In this document: positions 31,660 through 43,636 of the stretch, piece by piece
Layout of the letters: every line of letters begins with the position of its first letter
Numbering within the stretch: the first letter of the stretch is position 1
Assembly: GCA_965263035.1 (NCBI GenBank)
Contig: OZ253580.1
Coordinates: 384,001 to 448,000 of the forward strand
Direction: 5' to 3'
Origin: Acidobacteriota bacterium
GTDB taxonomy: Bacteria > Acidobacteriota > UBA6911 > RPQK01 > JAJDTT01
DNA: 64,000 bases
The notes under the pieces: generated by a model
Seen by the model: only the letters and a program-made list of their open reading frames with translations
What the model was told of the DNA's origin: nothing
Databases searched by the model: none
Made by a program: the position numbers and the translations under genes

Positions 31660-33003
31660 TCAACCGGAAAGCGTGGACCCGAGTGAATCGGTGGCTTCCT
31701 TGAACCGGTCCATAGGGGCTCCCATGTTCTCGGCCAGCGACAGAAAGAGCTGAGACATGGATCCGCCCTGGAAATCGATGGCTCGGCCGGTCTTGATCCG
31801 GCCGCCCGCACTTCCGGCCAACAGGATGGGATACTGGTTGCAGGTGTGGCGATTCCCGTCCCACATGCCGGAGCCGATCATGACCATGGAATGATCCAGC
31901 AGGGTTCCCTCCCCTTCCTTCACCTCGTCCATCTTCTGGAGCAGATAGGTGTACTCGGAGACGTGCCAGCGGTTGATGAGATGATACTGGTGCAGCGAAC
32001 TGGGAGTTTCCTTGTGGTGGCTCAGGGCGTGCCACTCTCCCCGTACACCGGGAATGAAGCTGAAGTCGCTGTACTTGGGTCCGTAGCTGTCGAACATGAA
32101 GCTCAGCACCCGGGTCTTGTCCATCCGCAACGCCAACACGATCAGATCCAGCATGAGCCGCGTGTGCTCGCGGAAGTTCCCCGGCTGATAGAGGGCGAAG
32201 TCGGCGGTCTCCCCCGCCCCTCGGGGATCTTCGGGATGAAAGCGCCGGGAGATGGAGCCGGCTTCGGACTGCTGCTGCCGCTGCCAATCGGCCTTGTCCC
32301 GGTCGAGGCGGGCGATCCGCTGCTCCAACTCGCGAATGCCCTGGAAGTACTCCGACAGGGTCTGGCTGTCCTGAGCGCTCAGACGCCTCTCCAGAGTCTT
32401 GGCCTGATCCAGCACCAGGTCCAGAACGCTTCGGTCCCGCTTCAACCACGACTTGTCGGCGAAGAGGGCGTCGAAGGTCATGGCCGGATCGATCTCTTTG
32501 GCCAAGGGCTTGTCGGGGCTGCCCCAGGAGACCGCGGAATCGTAGAACCCGCGGCGGTTTCTGGAGGGCGCAATTCCGAGCGCCAGAGACGGAAACTCGG
32601 TATCGTGCCCGATCCGGTTGGCGATGTGTTGATCGATGGAGGTCCCGGCACGGCTGTGGTCGCGTCCGCCCGGCTCGCCGGTGAGGAGGGAGGCCACCTT
32701 CCCGGCGTGTCCCCGCAGCTTCTTCAAGTGGGGATGGGACAGATCCTGCAGGATATTGACCTTGTGCTGGATTGGCCGGAGCGGTTCCAGGGTCGGCTTG
32801 AGGGTGAGACTCGAGCCCTCGCCGGAGGCGCCCCACTCATGAGTGTTGACGCCCAGGGGAAAGAAAGTCGCTACGAAGCGAAGCGGCGGCCCGGCCGCCA
32901 CATCTCCCACCGGCGCGGCCACCACGCCGGGAATCGACTCCAGCCACGGCAGGGTCAGGCTCACCCCGGCGGCCCTCAGGAATGATCGACGATTTTGCAA
33001 CAT
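31660..33003 (-). CDS. DUF1552 family protein
   Basis: RRSFLRAAGVSLTLPWLES, SIDQHIA, HALSHH, GTLLDHS; directly upstream of the DUF1592 gene. Confidence 0.9.
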   Translation of the reverse strand: MLQNRRSFLRAAGVSLTLPWLESIPGVVAAPVGDVAAGPPLRFVATFFPLGVNTHEWGASGEGSSLTLKPTLEPLRPIQHKVNILQDLSHPHLKKLRGHAGKVASLLTGEPGGRDHSRAGTSIDQHIANRIGHDTEFPSLALGIAPSRNRRGFYDSAVSWGSPDKPLAKEIDPAMTFDALFADKSWLKRDRSVLDLVLDQAKTLERRLSAQDSQTLSEYFQGIRELEQRIARLDRDKADWQRQQQSEAGSISRRFHPEDPRGAGETADFALYQPGNFREHTRLMLDLIVLALRMDKTRVLSFMFDSYGPKYSDFSFIPGVRGEWHALSHHKETPSSLHQYHLINRWHVSEYTYLLQKMDEVKEGEGTLLDHSMVMIGSGMWDGNRHTCNQYPILLAGSAGGRIKTGRAIDFQGGSMSQLFLSLAENMGAPMDRFKEATDSLGSTLSG

Positions 33004-33326
33004 GAGCGATCCCCGCGGAAAACCTCCCGTGGTTTCAAGCATGCCGACGGATCATGATGCTCCGGGAATGGGCAGTGCCGTCAAACCGATGTTCGACAAT
33101 ATAACCTCCTGCTACGACCTCCGCCAGCGGCCGAAGGCGAGGAAAGAGAAAAGAGTGAAGAAAGGCGCGTAGTTTACGCGTAGCGGGCACCTCTACCGAA
33201 AACGATCTGGTTAAGGATTCTGGAGCCAGATTGGTTCGAAGGCTTGTTTCTTCCATGAATCTTCCGGAGCCCAGCCGGTGAGGAAGCTTTCCTCTTTCCT
33301 ATTTTCTCTGTCTTCGACCGGAACAG

Positions 33327-34172
33327 CTAAACGGGGACTTCTTCCGGCGGCAGGTGTCGTTCCATCCAGGCTTTGAGCGGGACGTCCTCGGGGCCCGGCG
33401 AAGTGTAACCCATGCCGCCGGTGCTGACGCCCAGGAGTTGCTGGCGAATCGGGTCGCAGCGGTCCATCACGTGATCGACGGTCATGTCGTCCCGGGGCCG
33501 GAGCCAGCGGTAGCTGTACCCGTAAAAGAGAACTTTTCGGGTCCAGTCCGAATCGTTGGGACTTCCCGAGTGCCAGAGACGCCGGTCGAAGAAGACCGCG
33601 GCGCCCGGCGGCACGCAGACGGTCAGGGCATCGTCCGGGTCGGAGACGCCGCCTTTCGGAAGGTCCAACCGGTTGCGCCGGTGGCTTCCGGGCACGATGG
33701 TGAAGTTTCCGCAACCGGGCACCGACGTGTCCGTGAGGAAGAAACCGATCTTCAACGAGACCCGCGGCCGGGGGTCGCCTTCCAACTCCAGGTTCAGGCG
33801 ACCGCTGTCCTGATGCCATTCCAACCGTCTCTTTTCAGCAGAATGAACTCCTCGGGGCGGCGTGATGACCAGGTCGGAATGATAGAACTGGATGTTCCAA
33901 CCCAGGATTCCCCACACCTTGGGGAAGGTCAGAGGCCAATCCAGCAATCGTAGGAAGAGGTCGTCCCGGCCGATGAAGTCCAGGATGTGGATCATCTCCC
34001 GGCTGTCGATGCCGTGTTTCTGGCGAGACTGGCGATCCAGCCGGTCCACGACCGCCCCCAGGTCGTGGACCAATGACGCCGGCAGGGCGTCGGGAATGAT
34101 GAAATAACCCTCCTGCTCAAACTGACGGCGTTCCTCTGCGGTGAGGCGATAGTCGAGAGATTTGAGATCCAT
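33327..34172 (-). CDS. phytanoyl-CoA dioxygenase (PhyH) family protein
   Basis: WHQD, VPGSH, FDRRLWHS. Confidence 0.92.
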   Translation of the reverse strand: MDLKSLDYRLTAEERRQFEQEGYFIIPDALPASLVHDLGAVVDRLDRQSRQKHGIDSREMIHILDFIGRDDLFLRLLDWPLTFPKVWGILGWNIQFYHSDLVITPPRGVHSAEKRRLEWHQDSGRLNLELEGDPRPRVSLKIGFFLTDTSVPGCGNFTIVPGSHRRNRLDLPKGGVSDPDDALTVCVPPGAAVFFDRRLWHSGSPNDSDWTRKVLFYGYSYRWLRPRDDMTVDHVMDRCDPIRQQLLGVSTGGMGYTSPGPEDVPLKAWMERHLPPEEVPV

Positions 34173-34651
34173 TCTGCCGAACTCTCCGGCGGCCCGGTCG
34201 TCCGCCGCACGACGTTCTCCAGCAATCCTGTACCGGACGTCCTTTCGATATCAGAACGCGGCATGGCAAACAAGCTTCGCATCTTGCGCCTGGTGTCCGG
34301 CTCGATGCGGCTATGAGGCAGTCGGGGAATAGTGCTATTAGGTGGTAGTTTTCACCGATGGTGCCGTAAATGCGCCGGCACCGACGCCTGACGCCAGGAA
34401 CCGGCCAATGGTGATCGGACTGTTAGAATTAACATCCGGAGAACCGATCGGTTCGCAACTGCCGAGCCATCGGATCCTCCTGCAGCACGAGAAACGCTCC
34501 GCAAGCAACGCCTCGCATTCTTTCGACCGATTGCCGGCTCCCCGGCGACGGTCGTATTTTTTCACCCACCGGCGATCGAAAGCCGTCCAGTTCGCGGAGG
34601 GGTAAATCAAACTCAACCTTCACCCAATTCGAATCCGAAAGGAGTAGAGCC

Positions 34652-35299
34652 ATGCCACCACTGGTCAAATGGAGCCGGAGAGAAGGAATTCTGATTGCGA
34701 TGCCCGTCGGCCGTATCGACGGGAGCAACTACCTTGAATGCCAGAACATCCTGGAGTCAGGAGTCGATCCCGACGAGAACACCATGATTCTGGACTTCGC
34801 GCAGTTGGGCTACATCAGCAGCGCGGGTCTACGCGTCTGTCTGATCATCGCCAAGAAGTTCAACCAGACTGACAAGGCCTTCGGAATCTGCAACCTCTCA
34901 GCTTCGATCCGCGATATTGTCACCGTGAGCGGCTTTGATCAGGTCATTTCGCTTTACGACACGCAGCGTGCGGCAATCGAAGCCATCACGGGACAGACGG
35001 GTGCCGGAAGCGATAGGAGAGAAGGCGCGACTCCCCGCACCATCCCGATGAAGAGCGCGGTCAACTTCGACATCGTCGGAGAAAACATCCGGGATATTGC
35101 CAATTTCACGATCGAGAAATACGAATACAAAAACGATCGAACTCTCTCGCTCCAGGCACGGGAGGCGGCGATCGCTGAAATTACGAATTCCCTGTGGAGG
35201 TTCGTCGAGCGCTTGAGAAACCGGCGCCAGAAGATTCTTGAGGAAATGTTCAGCTCGGCTGATAAGGCGCTGGACGAGGTCATAGCGAGGACGGAATAA
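34652..35299 (+). CDS. STAS domain protein (anti-sigma factor antagonist) with C-terminal helical extension
   Basis: GRIDGSN, LDFAQLGYISSAGLRV; RBS GAAAGGAG. Confidence 0.85.
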   Translation: MPPLVKWSRREGILIAMPVGRIDGSNYLECQNILESGVDPDENTMILDFAQLGYISSAGLRVCLIIAKKFNQTDKAFGICNLSASIRDIVTVSGFDQVISLYDTQRAAIEAITGQTGAGSDRREGATPRTIPMKSAVNFDIVGENIRDIANFTIEKYEYKNDRTLSLQAREAAIAEITNSLWRFVERLRNRRQKILEEMFSSADKALDEVIARTE

Positions 35300-35403
35300 C
35301 GGCAACGGTGCCGGTCACGCCCGGGCGTTCCGCAATGGCGCGGCCGCCATTGAGAAGTCCTGGCTCACCGCAAGCGGCGGGCTGACTTGCCAACCGAGCC
35401 GGA

Positions 35404-36758
35404 TCACGAACCGAATTCGCGAATTCCGGTGCGGGTCAGAAATTCTCGATAGCCCGAAAACGCAGTGTTGACGTCCTCGGACGTCAGGCCATAGTCCGCC
35501 AGATCGTAGCGATGTTTCGGCTCCTTGCGGCGACGCTGCGCTTGCTGGTAAAGCCAATCGTCCATCGTGTTCAGGACCGACCGTTTGAGCGGCCAATTGA
35601 ATCGCTCATAGATGCTGTGCACCACGGCCAGCGGATCCTCCACCAGATCGACGTAGTTCACGTCCATCCAGCGATGCTCCAGTTCGGGATGGGTTTCCCG
35701 GAAATGCACGCCTCTGGCCATCATTCCGCTCATGAATTCCAATAGTTCGGAACCGAGGCTCTGGATGGAGGGAGAGCGAGCGAGCCTTTTCCACGAAGCT
35801 GTTCCACGACCCCATGAATTGGCTGGGGCTGCGGTGCGTCTGGATGAAAAGGGCGTCGGGATAGGTCTCGACGAGGGTCTCCAACTCCATGAGGTGAAAG
35901 GGCATCTTGAACAGCCATTGCCCCAGGTGCCCAGGCTGACGTTGCCGGCGCTGCCACGTGTAGTTCTGCATGATGCGGCGGTGGTGGGCATAGGCATGTT
36001 GTGAACCGGTGGCGGCCAGCCAACGGCCGAACTGCGGGACATGGAATCGAACGGTAGAGGTCCATGACCCGAAGGCCATGCTCAAGATCGGGAAGTCCTC
36101 CGCCGGTTCGTCGAGGTTGAAGTCGTGAACCCCCTTGAATATTTCGACGACCCTGGACGATTCAAGCATTTCCTCGACCCGCGCCCGGCGGGGATCGTCC
36201 GGCGTGCCCCCAATCGTTGCGTATTCCTCCTTGGACAGGACCGGCGCGGCGTACTCGTAGCCCCGTAGCGACCAGAAACGCGGGTTGCGGACCATGAGGC
36301 GATGCAGGTAGGTCGTGCCGGTGCGGTTGATCCCGACGATGAAGATCGGCCGCGTGATCTCCTCCCGTTCGATCTCCGGGTAACTGCATCCGTTCACGGG
36401 CGAACGCGGCATTGTTGCGTAAGAGACGGCTGAAATCGAAGACCAGACCAGGCAGCTTGTCCTCCAACAGTTTGACCTCGGACGTTTTCACGGCCCCAAC
36501 CAATTGCTCCAGGTTTCGACGCATCCAGAGGGGATACGCCTGATCGAAGGAGACGCCGTTGTCTTCGGCGTGGCGCTCTGCCCGGGAGACCAGGCAGTCG
36601 AAGTCCAGACGGCCCCGCGACACGGGATGGGGCCATTGCCACCGGTGGTCCATGACCCACTGGTAGGAGTGTCGAAGCTTGGTCAACACACCCGGCCATT
36701 TGATCGGGTGCGGACAGTCCTCCCGGAGGGCACGGTCTGAAATGGGCAGCCTGTCCTC
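35404..36758 (-). pseudogene. sulfotransferase domain, 5' truncated, two frameshifts
   Basis: PIFIVGINRTGTTYLH (PAPS-binding loop), WLFKMPFHL, YPDALFIQTHR, HRYDLADYGL; frame breaks near 36385 and 35760. Confidence 0.85.
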
Positions 36759-37359
36759 CGGCTTGTTCGCAGTCTCCGGAGCGCAACGCGTTGAACGCCG
36801 TGTGCAGCGCCGTCAAGCTGGCGGAACAAGCCGTGCAGCAGGCGAGTGACGGCCCCATCAAGTTGAAATGGTAGGAGATGCGGTTGGCCAGCATGGCCAC
36901 GCTGATGCTGGCGATGGAAAACTCGGTTGCACCGGGCGGCCTGCGCCAATTGGACGTCGCCGGAACCTGCGCGCCGACGAACACACCCGTGCGGCTGTTG
37001 TGCAACGACTACAGGTCCCAGCCCGCTCGTTCGCAGGTCTCCCAGGTGCAGGTCAAGAGCATCCGCACGTGCGGATCGGCGGACAGCATTTCGTGATGCG
37101 ACATCCCGAAGAGGCTGCGATCGAAGAGCTTCTCCCCTTCCTCGCGAATCAGCCCTTCGTACGGGCTGGCAAACCGCCCCGGGCCGGAGAAATCTCCGAT
37201 CGGCCGGTAGCCCCTGCCGTAACGGCCGGTGATCGGCTCCCGGACGATCTCGCGCTCGCTGAGCAAACGCCAGAAGTCGTCGTCCGTGTCCACTCCACCG
37301 GGCATGCGGTAGCTGTAACCTACGATCGCAACGGCGTCTTCGGGTTTAGGGCAGCTCAT
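36759..37359 (-). pseudogene. type I PKS ketosynthase N-terminal fragment
   Basis: VAIVGYSYRMPGG, DPHVRMLL, ANRISYHFNLMGPS, TACSASL (active-site Cys); in-frame TAG at 37009-37011; ends abruptly after GDCEQA. Confidence 0.9.
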
Positions 37360-37651
37360 ACTTCTCTCCAGTCGTCTGCTTGCGATTCCAATCGTTCAGG
37401 GATATGGCTCAAGGATCTGAACGGGACTCCGACCCGACGCGACGGCCCGGCGGCGTCACCCGAAAAAAGACAAGGATACCGCTGTATTCGTGACGACGAT
37501 TCAACACACATTGAATTGCAATCTGCGTCCATCGTACGACGAAACCGTGCCCATGATACCGAGGCGCCCCACTTCCTCACAATAAATCCTCAGCGGTTGG
37601 ACCGCCTATGCAAGCGCCATGCGAAGCAGCCCACTTGCCTCAAACCTTAGA

Positions 37652-37675
37652 AAAGTTTAACTTAAGTTAAACTTT
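37652..37675. promoter_or_regulatory. perfect 24-bp palindrome, probable TA autoregulatory operator
   Basis: AAAGTTTAACTTAAGTTAAACTTT, ending 16 bp before the antitoxin ATG. Confidence 0.7.
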
Positions 37676-37691
37676 GCGAAGAGAGCCCTCG

Positions 37692-37937
37692 ATGCATGAG
37701 ATTCTCAGCGCCAAACAGCTCCGAGAGAGATTGAAGGACGTCGTCGAAAAGGTGAGACATGGTGAGAAGTTTACCGTCCTGTACCGGAGCCGCCCGGCGT
37801 TCGACATCGTCCCGGTAGGCACTCCCTCTGTCGAAAGCGTGCCTTTGGAATCGGATTCCCTGTACCGGGCCGAACCCGTCGGCTCCTCCGACTCGGGGGA
37901 CGCGGCCATGAGGCACGATGAGCTGCTTTATCGATGA
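37692..37937 (+). CDS. Phd/YefM family antitoxin
   Basis: SAKQLRERLKDVVEKVRHGEKFTVLYRSRP; ends HDELLY; ATGA overlap with the PIN gene. Confidence 0.85.
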   Translation: MHEILSAKQLRERLKDVVEKVRHGEKFTVLYRSRPAFDIVPVGTPSVESVPLESDSLYRAEPVGSSDSGDAAMRHDELLYR

Positions 37938-38341
37938 AGCCCATTTACGTGGATACGGCCGCATGGGTTTCCGCCGCCGACAGCGCCGATATTTCGGGTT
38001 CGCTCGTACGGCAAACTCGGGATCGATGGCTTTCGGAGGGCGGCATCCTGGTGACAACCGACTACGTGGTCGACGAGACCCTGACCACGATCCGGTTGCG
38101 CCTCGGTCTCGACGCCGCTGAAGCCTGGTGGCGGCAGATAGAGGGGTCGACCCGACTTCGCATGGAGTCGGTCGGTGCAGCGCGAAGAGCGCGCGCACGA
38201 TCGATTTTCTTCCGCTACCGCGACCAGGACTTCTCCTTCACCAACTGCTGCAGCTTCGTTGTCATGCGGGAACTACGAATTCGCAGGGTCTTGACGTTGG
38301 ACCACCACTTCCGGCAGATGGGTTTCGAGGTCGTTCCTTAA
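37934..38341 (+). CDS. vapC: VapC-like PIN-domain toxin
   Basis: YVDTAAW, DYVVDETLT, SFTNCCSF, LTLDHHFRQMGF; the usual SFTD Asp is Asn here. Confidence 0.88.
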   Translation: MKPIYVDTAAWVSAADSADISGSLVRQTRDRWLSEGGILVTTDYVVDETLTTIRLRLGLDAAEAWWRQIEGSTRLRMESVGAARRARARSIFFRYRDQDFSFTNCCSFVVMRELRIRRVLTLDHHFRQMGFEVVP

Positions 38342-38534
38342 CCCGGCCACACTTGCCGGACTTTGGCTTGTCCCAAGGAGTTCGCATACGCGGCACCCGA
38401 GGTGTTGCTTCGCCGTCTCCTGCTCTTGGAGTCGGCGCTTTCGCGGAACCAGAATCTGGGAGCCCGTGCGGCGCTTTGACGGGAACTGATCGGAAAATGC
38501 ATGATCGAAGAAATCGAACAGGAGGCAGAAACCC

Positions 38535-38969
38535 ATGGAAAGACTCAAGCGAGTCATCGGCGTCTACCTGATCGCGGTAGGGGCTATCGTAGCCGTCCAC
38601 ACGATCATCGAGCCGCTGTATCACACGTCCACCGAAGCCGCCCCGTACACCCCGAATTGGGGCTACATCAACCCGCTGATGGCGCTGGCCGTGGCGCTGA
38701 GCCTGGTCTGCAGCTATGGCTGTAAGAGACGAGCCGACCGTGAGGGGGGCGATGCTCCGGTCACCCGGTATTACTTGGCAGCCAATACGCTGTTCTACGG
38801 CTTCGTTTTCGTTGGAATCCTGTTCTTCTGGAACTGGTTCAACTACGTGAGCCCCGGCTTTACCGCCGTAGGAGACGATACGGTCACACTGGTCTGGGGC
38901 TTCATCGACGCTGCACTCCCGCCGCTTCTGTGGGCGATGGGCATGTGCCTGTTGCGGTGCGAAAAGTAA
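38535..38969 (+). CDS. hypothetical membrane protein (about 4 TM)
   Basis: Four hydrophobic segments; RBS AGGAGG. Confidence 0.75.
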   Translation: MERLKRVIGVYLIAVGAIVAVHTIIEPLYHTSTEAAPYTPNWGYINPLMALAVALSLVCSYGCKRRADREGGDAPVTRYYLAANTLFYGFVFVGILFFWNWFNYVSPGFTAVGDDTVTLVWGFIDAALPPLLWAMGMCLLRCEK

Positions 38970-39022
38970 GCCGGGGAGAAACGTCGTCTGAAGTCCACTG
39001 GCGCTGCGCCGGGCTTACCCCG

Positions 39023-39466
39023 TCAGCGCCGGGACTCGGGGTGGGACTCCAGCACGACGGTGGTGTCCGGTGTCGCGGCGGCGACCGTGCCGTAGAGGGG
39101 ACAGCGAGCCTTCCAAAACCCCGTCAGCACTTCGGCGGCGTCGTCGTTCACCCCCCACATCTCGATCCGGACCCGGACCGAATCGTAGAGGGTCAACTGG
39201 CCGTGGTCCTTGTCGGGATCGCGGTAGGCCTCCACTGAGACGTCCATCCAATCCAGGGAAATCTCGTCCGCCGCAGCGATCCGCTCCACCATGTTGACGG
39301 CGCAGGCGGCGACGCCGGAGAAGAAGAGCTCGCCGGCTCCCACCTCTTCTCCTCCCAGGTCGTCGGCGACGAAATGGTGGGCGCGGGCGCTGCAAATGGC
39401 CCGGCCCAGGGTTCCGGTGCTGTAGCTCCGGGCTTTGTATGCGAGCTTCAACTCTCCCATGATCAT
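39023..39466 (-). CDS. OsmC/Ohr family protein
   Basis: ELFFSGVAAC ... RCPLYGTV two-cysteine pattern. Confidence 0.75.
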   Translation of the reverse strand: MIMGELKLAYKARSYSTGTLGRAICSARAHHFVADDLGGEEVGAGELFFSGVAACAVNMVERIAAADEISLDWMDVSVEAYRDPDKDHGQLTLYDSVRVRIEMWGVNDDAAEVLTGFWKARCPLYGTVAAATPDTTVVLESHPESRR

Positions 39467-39500
39467 TCCCCCCCGATCGGACCTGTGACGCCCCTTGGAT

Positions 39501-40952
<1,452 letters not shown>

Positions 40953-40956
40953 GGGA

Positions 40957-43569
40957 CTACTCCCGCGTGATGAACTCGTCCAGGTTCAAGAGAATCCGGC
41001 TGGCGCCGACCCAAGAGGCCGCTTCCGACAGAGCGATTCCGGGAAATTCCACGGGCAGGGTCAAACGCGCCAGCCCCTGCTCCTGCTCCAGAATCTCCGA
41101 CTGGCGGCGCATGGCCGTTTCCAGCCATTCCAACTCCTCGGGCGCCGGCGACCTGGCGAGACAGAGCCGGAAGGCATGTTCGAGGCGTTCCTGAGGATCG
41201 GCAGGTCCTTCCGCCAAAATCCGGAACGCCATCGCCTGAGCGGCTTCGAAGAAGACCTCATCGTTGAGGAGATTCAGAGCCTGCAGCGGGGAGTTGGACC
41301 GGCCCCGCCGACACACGGCTTCATAACCGCCCGGCATATCGAAGTTGGCCAGAAACGGATACGGAAACATGCGCTGGTACTGGATATAGAGACCTCGCCG
41401 GTAGCGGTCCTGACCTTCGCTCTCCACCCACTTCCTCCGTTGCATCTTCCCCCCGGGCTGGGGCGGACGAACGCTCTTTCCTCCTACCGAGGGATTCAGC
41501 AGTCCGCTCACGGCCAGAGCCGAATCGCGGATCAACTCCGCCGGCAACCGCATCCGCGTCTGCCGCGCCAGCAGGACGTTGCCCGGGTCCTGCGCCTGAA
41601 GGTCGGGCCGGATCGCCGAGGACTGCCGGTAGGCGGCGGACATGACCATGGTCTTGATGGCGCCCTTCAGGCTCCAGCCGTTCTCGCGGAAGTCGCTGGC
41701 GAGCCAGTCCAGAAGTTCAGGATGGGACGGTTTCTCTCCCTGCGACCCGAAGTTCTCTGTGGTGAAGACGATGCCCCGTCCGAACAGTTCCTGCCAGAGG
41801 CGGTTGACCGTCACTCTGGCGGTGAGGGGATTCTCGGGACTGATGATCCATTTGGCCAGCCGGACCCTGGGCGGGGAGGCCTGGTACGGCTCCGGGTGCA
41901 GAAATCCGGGCACTCCGGGCTCGACCGGTTCCCCCATGCGGTTGAATTCCCCGCGGACGTGGATATGGGTGGGACGGACCTCCGCCTCGGTGGCGATGGT
42001 CAGGGCCTGACTCGGAGCCGGAAATTCGGCCTCCAGCTCCTTGAGCTTCTTCAACAGCTCTCCGAACTTGAGCTTCTCCTCGTAGACCTTCTTGGGCACC
42101 ACTTGGCTGGAGTAACGGATGAAGTGCTCGGTGAGGATCTTGGCTTCCTTCTCGCTCCGTTCCGACGGCTCCTTTCGGAGGATCTTCTCCCCCATTCCGT
42201 ACACCGGGTGCATGTCGCCGACTCGGACCGTCCCCACTGCCTTGTCCCAGTTCTGCCACCGGCCTGGATGGGCTATAGCCTCCAGCAGCTTGGCCTCCCA
42301 CGCCGGCTGGAGCTTGGGCACGCGGTATTCGGCCAGCAATTCGGCCCGTTTCTTCCGATACGAAGCCACTTCCCGCAGATAGGGGCCCATCTCCCCCGGC
42401 AAAGGAGCGTCGATGTTCACCTCTTCCGCGTCATTGAAGAAGGAGAACAGCCGGTAATAATCCTTCTGGCTCAAGGGATCGTACTTGTGATCGTGGCACT
42501 GGGCACAGCCCACCGTGAGTCCCAGCCAGACCGTCCCCACGGTGTTGATCCGGTTGATCACCTGCTCGAACCGGAACTGGACCATGTTGGTCCCGCCCTC
42601 CCGGTTGCTGGGCGTGTTGCGGTGGAATCCGGTGGCGACTCTGGACTCGATTCCGCCATCCGGAAGCAGGTCCCCGGCAATCTGCTCCAGGGTGAAGCGA
42701 TCGAAGGGCAGGTCCTGGTTCAGGGCTTGGATGACCCAGTGGCGATAACGCCAGGCATGGGGCCGAAAGTCGTCCTGGCGGTAGCCGTCGCTGTCGGAAT
42801 ACCGGGCCAAGTCCAGCCATTGGCGTGCCCATTTCTCGCCGAAGTGGGACGACTCCAGAAGGCGGTCGACGGCATTCTCATAGGCTGTATCGCTCTCCTC
42901 CGCCAGAAACGCGTCCAGATCGGCAAGCTTGGGAGGGAGCCCGGTGAGGTCCAGGCTGAGGCGCCGCAGGAGAGTCGCCTGGTCCGCCTCCGGTGAAGGC
43001 TCGACGCCCTCGGCTTCCAATTTGGCCAGGACGAACCGATCCACCGGATTCCGGATCCAGGACGAGTCTTTCACCGCCGGCGGAACCGGCCGGACCAGGG
43101 ACCGGAATGCCCAGTGCGAGGACTCCGCTCTTGTGTTCGGACTTGCGTCCGCGGCGGCCTCCACCTCCACCCAGCGGGCGCCCTGGTCGATCCAGGCGCG
43201 CAGGAGTCCGACCTCGTCGGAAGTGAGTCCCTTCCCGCCGGGAGGCATGACCTCACCCGGAACGACGCCGGCCACGAGCTGGATGAGCCGGCTCCGGGCA
43301 CTGTCGCCGGGTCGAATCACGGCGCCGGACTCTCCTCCCCGCAGCGCGTCCTGGGCCCGGTCCAGGCGCAGACCCTTCATCTGCTGCTGGGGTCCATGGC
43401 AGAGATAGCAGCGGCTCTCCAGCAGGGGCGCCACGTCCGTGGCGAAATCGACGGTCTGCTCGACCGGAGGAGGCAGATCGGACGATTGCCCCGACACCGG
43501 CGCCGCCAGACAGAACGGCAGCAGCAAAAGAAACAGAAATAGGAGGTTGGATCGCTTCAAAGGATTCAT
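40957..43569 (-). CDS. PSD1 (DUF1553)/DUF1549 protein with planctomycete cytochrome c domain
   Basis: CYLCH, HWAF, WLDLARYSDS, CAQCHDHKYDP, HPELLDWLA, C-terminus LNLDEFITRE. Confidence 0.92.
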   Translation of the reverse strand: MNPLKRSNLLFLFLLLLPFCLAAPVSGQSSDLPPPVEQTVDFATDVAPLLESRCYLCHGPQQQMKGLRLDRAQDALRGGESGAVIRPGDSARSRLIQLVAGVVPGEVMPPGGKGLTSDEVGLLRAWIDQGARWVEVEAAADASPNTRAESSHWAFRSLVRPVPPAVKDSSWIRNPVDRFVLAKLEAEGVEPSPEADQATLLRRLSLDLTGLPPKLADLDAFLAEESDTAYENAVDRLLESSHFGEKWARQWLDLARYSDSDGYRQDDFRPHAWRYRHWVIQALNQDLPFDRFTLEQIAGDLLPDGGIESRVATGFHRNTPSNREGGTNMVQFRFEQVINRINTVGTVWLGLTVGCAQCHDHKYDPLSQKDYYRLFSFFNDAEEVNIDAPLPGEMGPYLREVASYRKKRAELLAEYRVPKLQPAWEAKLLEAIAHPGRWQNWDKAVGTVRVGDMHPVYGMGEKILRKEPSERSEKEAKILTEHFIRYSSQVVPKKVYEEKLKFGELLKKLKELEAEFPAPSQALTIATEAEVRPTHIHVRGEFNRMGEPVEPGVPGFLHPEPYQASPPRVRLAKWIISPENPLTARVTVNRLWQELFGRGIVFTTENFGSQGEKPSHPELLDWLASDFRENGWSLKGAIKTMVMSAAYRQSSAIRPDLQAQDPGNVLLARQTRMRLPAELIRDSALAVSGLLNPSVGGKSVRPPQPGGKMQRRKWVESEGQDRYRRGLYIQYQRMFPYPFLANFDMPGGYEAVCRRGRSNSPLQALNLLNDEVFFEAAQAMAFRILAEGPADPQERLEHAFRLCLARSPAPEELEWLETAMRRQSEILEQEQGLARLTLPVEFPGIALSEAASWVGASRILLNLDEFITRE

Positions 43570-43636
43570 CCCGAACTGACCTAGTTCCTACATGGAACCC
43601 CTGGCGAAAGTCAACAGGGACCAGGTTTCCACGCCG

